A stretch of DNA of 64,000 nt from Amoebidium appalachense. Lineage: Eukaryota; Protista; Ichthyosporea. The position numbers were made by a program, and so were the translations under genes. The notes under the pieces were generated by a model, which was given only the letters and a program-made list of their open reading frames with translations, made no database searches and was not told where the DNA came from. Positions within the stretch are counted from its first letter, which is position 1. The number at the start of each line of letters is the position of its first letter. Below are positions 10,376-18,044 of this stretch, in pieces. The stretch is from positions 3,205,375 to 3,269,374 of the forward strand of contig CAVNZM010000017.1 of assembly GCA_963693365.1 (NCBI GenBank). The letters are read 5' to 3'.

Positions 10376-10789
10376 TCAACGCCCGGACTTCCGAGCCTCT
10401 GGCGCAGCGGCGGGTGCCGTGTGCACGGGTGGGGGGGCACTGTGGGGCCCAACCGGAAACAGCCCGTACAGGATGTCCTCCTCGCACGTCACCATGATCT
10501 CGTGCTTGTCCATGATCCTCATGGCGTGCGCGATGGTTTCGGCGGGCACGGGCGGGCCGTGGTTGAACAGGTGCACGCGCATCTCCTTGTCGGGGTGGAA
10601 GTGGTGGTTCGCCAGCACGTTCGCCATGGCGGTCTTCCAGTCGGCCAGCTGCTCGACCTGGACGATCTGGTGGTCCGTCAGCACGTCGATGCGCCCGACC
10701 TTGGTGAGCGTGTCCTCGACGCCTTCCAGCCGGTCGGCCAGCTCGTATACGACCATGTTCCGTGCGAACTCAAGCTCGGTGTCCGTCAT
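10376..10789 (-). CDS. Catalytically degenerate PD-(D/E)XK-type nuclease paralog (copy 1)
   Basis: GRIDVLTDHQIVQVE...WKTAMANVLAN...HP...RVHLF. The scaffold is conserved but EVK is QVE and GQxxxY is ANxxxN; there is no helicase-like C-terminal domain. Confidence 0.75.
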   Translation of the reverse strand: MTDTELEFARNMVVYELADRLEGVEDTLTKVGRIDVLTDHQIVQVEQLADWKTAMANVLANHHFHPDKEMRVHLFNHGPPVPAETIAHAMRIMDKHEIMVTCEEDILYGLFPVGPHSAPPPVHTAPAAAPEARKSGR

Positions 10790-10894
10790 CACATACCGCA
10801 CACATAAAATTCGCGTGCCGCCCCAACCGGGTTACCCATTGACAATCACACATCGCACTTTCGACCTTGTGTGGGCGCCCGACAATGTTGCGGC

Positions 10895-11010
10895 GCGTGG
10901 GGGGCGGGGGTGGCTGGGCGGGGCTGGGGGGTGGCTGGGGGCGCGGGTGCCTCGCGTGCCTCGCGTGCCTCGCATGCCTCGCGCGCGGGGTGGGTGTGTG
11001 TGTGCGTTTG
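10895..11010. repeat. Third copy of the GC-rich intergenic repeat
   Basis: ggggtggctggggg followed by four (t)gcctcgcg/gcctcgca units, as at 8958-9008. Confidence 0.7.
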
Positions 11011-11031
11011 TGTGTTTCTTCTCGGACAACT

Positions 11032-11700
11032 CTAATTTGCCATGATCTTGCTATACACTATCTTGTGGGCACGGGTGTGTCTGCCAGGTTTCCCTATAGA
11101 GACACGCTCTCCTGCGGGAACAAACGACGACCCGCCCAAAACCCGTGTCAGCACCGTTCCCAGTCTCTTGATCCCCACCTCGCAATCGTCCAACATATTT
11201 ATATCAGCCCATTGTCGCATGCAACCGGCCATCCCCGATGTCGTAACCCAGGTCCCATTCTCGATACCAAAGCTGTGTGTTCCGCGTGCGCCTGTCGCTA
11301 TGTCCTTTAGAAAGTGTATTTCGTTCGACTCCTGTGCCCTCTCCGTTGGTTTTGTCCGGGTTGTGCAGATGTCCCCGTGACACCCCCAAATTAGCCGCAG
11401 AGTGTCGGGCTCCACCGTCACAAATACCCCAAGAGATTCTAAGGTCTCAACCGCAACCCTATAAACCTCGATGGATGCGTAACCAAACAGGTGCACACGA
11501 GCCTGTCGACCAGGGTAGAAGCGTTGGTACGCCTGCACCTGTCCAAGCGCCGCCTTCCACTGCGCCACACGCTTGACCTCGATGACCTGCGTGTCCGTGA
11601 GTATGTCGATTCGGCCGGCTGGCGTGACCACTTCGCACTTCCCCCCCTCAATCCTGGCTAACCGATCTCTGACCGACGCTTCATCATACGATGCCATCAT
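11032..11700 (-). CDS. PD-(D/E)XK-type nuclease fused to a copy of the helicase C-terminal domain (copy 2, intact)
   Basis: E...GRIDILTDTQVIEVK...WKAALGQVQAYQRFYP...RVHLF. The last ~95 aa (EIHFLKDIA...WVT..GMA..MRQWAD.NMLD..VGIKRLG...SKI) are about half identical by manual alignment to the C-terminus of the 12147-14204 protein. Confidence 0.85.
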   Translation of the reverse strand: MMASYDEASVRDRLARIEGGKCEVVTPAGRIDILTDTQVIEVKRVAQWKAALGQVQAYQRFYPGRQARVHLFGYASIEVYRVAVETLESLGVFVTVEPDTLRLIWGCHGDICTTRTKPTERAQESNEIHFLKDIATGARGTHSFGIENGTWVTTSGMAGCMRQWADINMLDDCEVGIKRLGTVLTRVLGGSSFVPAGERVSIGKPGRHTRAHKIVYSKIMAN

Positions 11701-11799
11701 AATAGGGTACCAAAAAAAACACGACTCATTTTTATATTATAAGCCAGTCCGGGTGTTATGAATCCGATATAACACCAATCACAACAAAACCACCGACAC

Positions 11800-12130
11800 A
11801 CCACCAACCTACCCAAGTTACCACCAACCTACCAACAGTAATCGCGATTTCGATTAGTAGAATTAGACCCAAACGTCGATTTCACTTATAAATAGTAGGT
11901 TGGGTAGGTTCAGTGGGTTGTTTTGGGGTTGAGTCGAGCTGGGGCAAAAACAAACGAACACCAACGATGTGTGTTTGGGGGGACCCCTCCGAGAACCTAC
12001 CCAACCTACCGAAGTTACCAAAACCCCCAACAACCAATGAAATACGCCCGTTAAACCAAGAAACCAATCGGATGGCTTTGTTAAAACGTTTGCGCAAAAC
12101 CCAAGCTACCACCAAGTGGCCGAAGTTACT
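11800..12130. promoter_or_regulatory. Iteron-like region, putative replication origin
   Basis: AACCTAC at 11806, 11826, 11994 and 12003, inverted (GTAGGTT) at 11895 and 11904; AAGTTAC at 11815, 12012 and 12123. It has an AT-rich core and lies directly downstream of the helicase gene. Confidence 0.45.
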
Positions 12131-12146
12131 GAAAGGAAGCTGGCGA

Positions 12147-14204
12147 TCACTTATGCGAAAGTATCTTCGAGAACGAAACTCGATAAGCACGCGATGTCTT
12201 TGACACTGCCCCCACTGCCACCGATTCGCGTAGCGGTACATGCAGCGCCTCTCCAAACACCTGTGTCAGCGTCGATCCCAACCTCTTGATGCCCACCACC
12301 CGCCGACTGTCGAGCATGTTGGCGTCCGCCCACATTCGCATCCGTTCAGCCATGCCAGTGGCTGTTACCCAGCACCCATCCGCGATTCCGAAGTCTTGTG
12401 TTCCGTCAGCTCCTTGGGCGATGTCCCTCAGAAATTGTATTTCTAGCGGCAGACTCTTCTCCATGAGCTGTTGCTTGAGCTTAGTATGGGGGGGCGGCGG
12501 CATTGTCTTAGGGACATCGGGAAGGTCCAGGAAGAAGTGGAACAGAGCCTCCAGCACCTCCGGTTGCCGGTGAAATCTGACGAACTCGTCGAAGTACCGG
12601 AGCTGACCCACCCGAGAGCCGTTTGCCTCGAGACATATGAATCTCCGATCGGATAGCTCCACACGAACGGGCCAATCTTCGTTTGACAGAAAGACGTAGC
12701 GCTCGAAGTTTTTGGTGTAGATGCCATCCACACCCTTCTTCTCCAAAAGGCTGTCTTCTTGTGTGATCAGACTTTTGATAAGGTTGTTGGCCTCGTGGCA
12801 CCCACCAAAGACACACTCGTCGATAACAGCTAGTAGTTTGTGGTTGAGGTGGGAGTTGAACTTGCTGGATATGTGTTCCTTGTTCTTCACGTAAGCGTAG
12901 TATTCCGAGCCTACCAGCGCCTTGAGTACGTCGAAGAACACATTTTTCCCGGTTCCCTGGACTGACTTGACGAGTACCGCCGTCCCAGACTTGGTGTCGG
13001 GGTGCTGGAAAATCTGGGCAACCCACTTGAGAAGGTATTCAAATACCTCGGCGTTTCCATCGGCAAGCACCTCGAATGCGTGGCGTATGAACATCTCGAT
13101 CCCGCCATATTCCCGTACACGGTACTTCTCGAGGAGCTCATCCGGCATGACCACAACCTTCTGGCCAGGATGGTAGGGGGTCATCGGGCATTCTGGGCCC
13201 ATGTAACGGAATCCCTCAGTGTACTTGATGGGGAAGCCGCGAAAGAAGTTATATGTGAACAGGGCTCCTTGGCGGTACTTGGGGTTTATCTCTCCTGTCT
13301 TGGGATTGGGCGACGCGGGGTCGAAGACTGCTTGCCCATAACGAGGAACGTGGCGTCCCATAAGGAAATCAATGCCGGTGTACGTCCGCTTGATTTCACC
13401 ACCCTCACCCTCCATCCACTCAACCACGAAACCCTGCATGGTGCATTTCATGTCCTTCTCGGTCAACGTCTTGAGTGTGTACACGCCCTTGTCATGGCAC
13501 CACACCTTCAAGAGGTAGAGGGATGTGCCGTTGATTTTTCCCACCCACTTCTGCAGGTACTCGACGAGCTCAGCTTCCTTCCAGGTGGTTGGTAGCAGGT
13601 CCGGCATGAACTCGTATCCACCCGGAGGGTCGGTCGACTCTTGCTCAAGAACGCGGATCACCTCCTCGATGAGAGTCTGCCGCTTCCGGTCCTTGTTTGC
13701 AACCACGGCGGGGGCGGCTGCTGTACTAGGTGCTGTGCCGAATGTGGTCGTATGGGGCCCCTGGGTCCAACGCGTCGCGGTCGTCCAGTCGAGAATCGGG
13801 TTCATTACTACCCTGTTGGCCAAAGGAAATTTCTCCTTGGCCCATGACTTGAGCGCAGCTCTGTTAGGCCCGGGAGCTGGGTGGCGGGTGTTGCACTCGT
13901 AGTGTGCGGTCTTGTGGCGCTTGGACTGACGGGTGGTTATTTCGGCATAAACCAGTCCAAACTGTCGCTTGAGGGAATTGTGGAGGTCGTTGTGATCGAA
14001 GGGCTCATTGTCCACCGTAACTTCCCGGGACCCCTGTGGTGCAAAGACTGCGAGGTACCAGTCAGGACAGGCACTGCGGCGCGAGAGCCCTTGGTTTGCC
14101 TGCTTGGGTTGATCTGCACCCTCGCAGCAAACCTCGTATTCGGTCTTCTCCGTATCCTTGCCGTCGCACCGGGCAGTGTTCATGTTTGAGCGAATGACAT
14201 CCAT
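12147..14204 (-). CDS. Superfamily 3 helicase (DUF5906 / D5-like) replication protein
   Basis: YLLKWVAQIFQHP.TK.GTAVLVKSVQGTGKN (Walker A), SKFN, LAVIDE (Walker B), IKSLIT, EKKG, FLSN (motif C), DRRF (Arg finger). Likely start MDVIRS at 14204. Confidence 0.92.
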   Translation of the reverse strand: MDVIRSNMNTARCDGKDTEKTEYEVCCEGADQPKQANQGLSRRSACPDWYLAVFAPQGSREVTVDNEPFDHNDLHNSLKRQFGLVYAEITTRQSKRHKTAHYECNTRHPAPGPNRAALKSWAKEKFPLANRVVMNPILDWTTATRWTQGPHTTTFGTAPSTAAAPAVVANKDRKRQTLIEEVIRVLEQESTDPPGGYEFMPDLLPTTWKEAELVEYLQKWVGKINGTSLYLLKVWCHDKGVYTLKTLTEKDMKCTMQGFVVEWMEGEGGEIKRTYTGIDFLMGRHVPRYGQAVFDPASPNPKTGEINPKYRQGALFTYNFFRGFPIKYTEGFRYMGPECPMTPYHPGQKVVVMPDELLEKYRVREYGGIEMFIRHAFEVLADGNAEVFEYLLKWVAQIFQHPDTKSGTAVLVKSVQGTGKNVFFDVLKALVGSEYYAYVKNKEHISSKFNSHLNHKLLAVIDECVFGGCHEANNLIKSLITQEDSLLEKKGVDGIYTKNFERYVFLSNEDWPVRVELSDRRFICLEANGSRVGQLRYFDEFVRFHRQPEVLEALFHFFLDLPDVPKTMPPPPHTKLKQQLMEKSLPLEIQFLRDIAQGADGTQDFGIADGCWVTATGMAERMRMWADANMLDSRRVVGIKRLGSTLTQVFGEALHVPLRESVAVGAVSKTSRAYRVSFSKILSHK

Positions 14205-14259
14205 TGTGGTAGTGAAGGGGATAGATAATATTTGACGGTCTGAGGTCTGGCAAGCGCTT

Positions 14260-14721
14260 TTATACCTTCGGGCTGGGCACAAGACTGGGGTGTTCAGTCT
14301 CGACGTGCCTGTTCAGGGTTGTAGACCAGGCAAATGCAGCCTGGCACTGGTCGAAGGGGCATGTAAAACGCCCGCTTGCGCGCCGGGGCCGTCTCGGCAG
14401 CTGACACCCTTCATGAGCTGTTCGTCGGTGAACCCACAAACCCGCAGGATAGACGTAAGTGGCTGGACAGTCTGGGCATTGATAGGGTCGGCTGCCAGAG
14501 TGTGTGCGCTGGTGCAGTTTCATGTGGTCGCTGCGGGCAAAGCTTGCAAAGCAGCCGGGTTGTGGACAGGCATATGCGCCGGTGCTATTATTCTTGTGGG
14601 TATTTTCGTGTCTTTTTAGATTTGCCTTGAATGTGAACATTGCTGAACACAGTGTGCAAGCGTGGCGCTTCGGGTTAGGGGGTGTCTGAGACTCTATGGT
14701 TGGCGTGTATTGGAGGTCCAT
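14260..14721 (-). CDS. C2H2 zinc-finger protein (4 fingers), intronless
   Basis: CTLC..F..KANLKRHENTH; CPQPGC..F.RSDHMKLHQRTH; SGSRPY linker; CPDC...LWVHRRTAH; CPFDQC..F...LNRHVETEH. Confidence 0.9.
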   Translation of the reverse strand: MDLQYTPTIESQTPPNPKRHACTLCSAMFTFKANLKRHENTHKNNSTGAYACPQPGCFASFARSDHMKLHQRTHSGSRPYQCPDCPATYVYPAGLWVHRRTAHEGCQLPRRPRRASGRFTCPFDQCQAAFAWSTTLNRHVETEHPSLVPSPKV

Positions 14722-14813
14722 TACTGCTAAGTGGCAAGAAAAGAAACATGATAACGCTTTATATAACCCCTGGTCTTCTTCGTCGGCCACTGATTTTTTT
14801 GTGACCTACAGTG

Positions 14814-15501
14814 ATGGCCACCTACAACGAGGCGTTTGTCAGCGACAAATTGGCACGGATTGAAGGTGGGAAACGCGAAGTGGTGACCCCCGCGGGCCGC
14901 ATCGACCTGCTCACAGACACGGACATCATCGAGGTCAAGCGCGCACCGCAGTGGAAGGCCGCAATGGGACAGGTGCAGGCGTACATGAAGTACTGTCTAC
15001 CCGAGCCACCGACCACGGGTCCATCTGTTCGGCTATGCGTCAGCAGACGTGTTCAAGGTGGCCATCGAAACAATGTCAGACTTTAATATATGTGTGACGG
15101 TGGAACCTGACACGATGCAGCTTGTGTGGGGAAACCGACCAACTGCTACGCCCTCCAGGCCACAGGCTGGTTCTGTTTCGGTGGAGGTACAGTTCTTGAA
15201 GGACGTGGCCAACGGATATGGTGTTGCAGCATCACAACTGGCGGAAGGGGGGATGTGGGTGACGACTGGCGGGATGCTGGAACTGATGCGCACCTGGGCG
15301 AGCACAAGGGGAACGGGTACGGAAATTCGGGTGGGATCCAAAAGGTTGGGTTCGTGCCTCAAAAAGGTCCTTGGGGAGCGCAGCTGGGTCTACTCGAATA
15401 TGGTGAAAATAGGGAACCCCACATCGGAAACAACTATGGGGTATCGATTCGACAGAGACAAGGTCCTGAACTTTGAGAACAGCGGCCAGGCCGACGAATA
15501 G
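14814..15501 (+). pseudogene. PD-(D/E)XK-type nuclease + helicase-CTD fusion (copy 3), frameshifted by a 4-bp insertion
   Basis: GRIDLLTDTDIIEVK...WKAAMGQVQAY. Deleting TGTC (14994-14997) gives MKYYPSHRPRVHLFGYAS, in register with copy 2. C-terminal EVQFLKDVA...WVTTGGM..MRTWA...VGSKRLGS. Confidence 0.8.
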
Positions 15502-15702
15502 GGCGACCACATGCAGCACGCGCACGCCCGGGCGCGTGTGCGTCTGGAATCCATCAAACCCATGAACGGTAAAAAATGGGGAAGCTCCGCGCGCGTACAA
15601 TGCGCTGGCTGGCGAAACAGTCAAAGCCTGGTGTGGGGGGCTATTTTTAGGGATACCGGGTGTCTGTGTGTGGTGTATTTTTTATTCGTACACTGTTATA
15701 GA

Positions 15703-15858
15703 ATGTCCGCGGTAGGCTACGACGAGGCGTTCGTGCGCGAGCGACTGGCCGCGCTCGAGGACGGCGTGTGCGAGGTGCGCACACGGGCCGGCCGGATCGA
15801 CGTGCTGACGAGCACGCAGGTCATCGAGGTCCAGCGCGCGTCGCAGTGGAAGACGGCG
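15703..15858 (+). pseudogene. Truncated, catalytically degenerate nuclease paralog (copy 4)
   Basis: YDEAFVRERLA..EDG.CEV.TRAGRIDVLTSTQVIEVQ...WKTA; EVK is EVQ, and homology stops abruptly at 15858. Confidence 0.75.
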
Positions 15859-16410
15859 AAAAAAGTCAAAGCAGCGCAGAGTTGGCCAATGAACGGTCAA
15901 AGCTAGCGCGAAGTAGTGAATATTCAACGAAGCTAGCGCAGAGTTCGCGTTGGCCAATAAACGGTCAAAGCAGCGCAGAGTTGGCCTATAAACGGTCAAC
16001 CAAACACGAACCCTCGGTCAATATCCGGTCAACCCGAACTCGTGTTTGGCGCAAATCTAGTGAACCCAAAACGAACATCGCGCGAACCCCTGCCAATATC
16101 CGGTCAACCCGAACTCGTGTTTGGCGCAAATCTAGTGAACCCAAAACGAACATCGCGCGAACCCCTGCCAATATCCGGTCAACCAACACGAACCCTCAGT
16201 CAATATCGTTCGATCCACGGAGCATCCATTTCAATATTGGTCGAATCACGGAGACCACCTTTGAATAATGCTTGAATCGTATTCACCCGCTATTCAATCT
16301 GATTGGTCGAAACATTAAATCTGATTGTACGAAACCGGTTCAATCTGATTGGTCGAAACATTAAATCTGATTGCACGAAACCGGTTCAATCTGATTGGTC
16401 GAAACCGTTT
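15859..16410. repeat. Block of short direct repeats
   Basis: gtcaaagcagcgcagagttggcc twice; a 75-bp unit starting at 16020, 16095 and 16170 (last copy partial); a ~46-bp unit ttcaatctgattggtcgaaac... ~2.5 times at 16293-16404. Confidence 0.85.
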
Positions 16411-16448
16411 ATTGACAGGAATCCCAATTGTTGGGGATGACCGGCTGG

Positions 16449-16505
16449 CTACCACCCCAGCACGTGCTTCTCCAGGAAGCGCACGAGGTACACCTTGACC
16501 GGGTG
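16449..16505 (-). pseudogene. 3' tip of a paralog of the 6634-7546 gene
   Basis: Translates as HPVKVYLVRFLEKHVLGW* versus RTVKLYPVSFLAKHVV*; the nucleotide similarity to 6640-6685 is visible. Confidence 0.6.
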
Positions 16506-16589
16506 CAGGCAAAGACGTAAAAGATGAAAAATAAATAGAGAAGCCACGGGCAAGAGGGTGGGAAGCCCCCCTCCCCAAAAAACAAAACA

Positions 16590-16721
16590 AAGAGCGCACG
16601 GTCATAGCGCTCATGACACATCTCTCCAAGAACACCTGTGCAAGCGCACGGTGATTGCGCTCATGACCCTACACTCACACAACACAGGTGCAAGCATACG
16701 CATTGCCCCAACCCCCCCGCC

Positions 16722-16782
<61 letters not shown>

Positions 16783-17052
16783 AAAGCGCCCGGTGATAGC
16801 GCTCATGACACATCTCTCCAAGAACACATGTGCAAGCGCACGGTGATTGCGCTCATTAACCTACTCTCAAACAACACAGGTGCAAGCACACGGTGATAGC
16901 GCTCAAGCGCACTGTAATAGCGCTCATGACCCTACTCTCAAACAATACATGTGCAAGCGCACCGTGATAGCGCTCATGCCCCTACTCTCAAACAACACAT
17001 GTGCAAGCCCACGGTGATAGCGCTCATGACCCTACTCTCAAACAACACATGT
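16590..17052 (+). repeat. ~50-bp tandem repeat array (left arm)
   Basis: Unit caagcgcacggtgatagcgctcatgaccctactctcaaacaacacaggtg, degenerate copies. Confidence 0.85.
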
Positions 17053-17195
17053 GCACACACAAAGGCATTCGGGAACACACATGCACACTTTGCATCCCCC
17101 CTCCCCCCCCCCCTCCCCCCCCCCCCCCACAATCCCCCTCCCCCACACACACACAAAGGCATTCGGGAACACACATGCACACTTTGCATCCCCCC

Positions 17196-17234
<39 letters not shown>

Positions 17235-17644
17235 CCCCCTCCCCCCACACACACACAAAGGCATTCGGGAACACACATGCACACTTTGCATCCCCCCCCT
17301 CCCCCCCCCCCCCCCAATCCCCCTCCCCCCACACACACACAAAGGCATTCGGGAACACACATGCACACTTTGCATCCCCCCTCCCCCCCCCCCCCCCCCC
17401 CCCCCCCCTCCCCCCACACACACACAAAGGCATTCGGGAACACACATGCACACTTTGCATCCCCCCCTCCCCCCCCCCCCCCCCCCCAATCCCCCTCCCC
17501 CCACACACACACAAAGGCATTCGGGAACACACATGCACACTTTGCATCCCTCCCTCCCCCCCCCCCCCCCCCCCCCCCAATCCCCCTCCCCCCACACACA
17601 CACAAAGGCATTCGGGAACACACATGCACACTTTGCATCCCCCC

Positions 17645-17685
<41 letters not shown>

Positions 17686-17838
17686 CCCCCCTCCCCCCAC
17701 ACACACACAAAGGCATTCGGGAACACACATGCACACTTTGCATCCCCCCTCCCCCCCCCCCCCCCCCCACAATCCCCCTCCCCCCACACACACACAAAGG
17801 CATTCGGGAACACACATGCACACTTTGCATCCCCCCCT

Positions 17839-17869
<31 letters not shown>

Positions 17870-17945
17870 CCCCCTCCCCCCCCCCCACACACACAAAGGC
17901 ATTCGGGCACACACATGCACACTTTGCATCCCCCTCCACCCCCTT
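17053..17945. repeat. Minisatellite with variable poly-C tracts (8 units)
   Basis: Repeating acacaaaggcattcgggaacacacatgcacactttgcatc followed by poly-C. Confidence 0.95.
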
Positions 17946-18044
17946 CGTGAGAATGCACTGAGTGTCACATATTTATAATAAGTTGAATTTTATTGATTGT
18001 GAAAAAGCACGAAGTCGCCTACCCTAGTAATATGGTGATACCGA

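Noticed and set aside
11882-12256. Short ORFs on both strands downstream of the helicase
   Set aside because: They overlap the helicase end and the iteron-like repeats and show no coding signature.
16951-17978. Long Pro/His/Gly-rich ORFs in all frames
   Set aside because: They are translations of a poly-C minisatellite that lacks stop codons.
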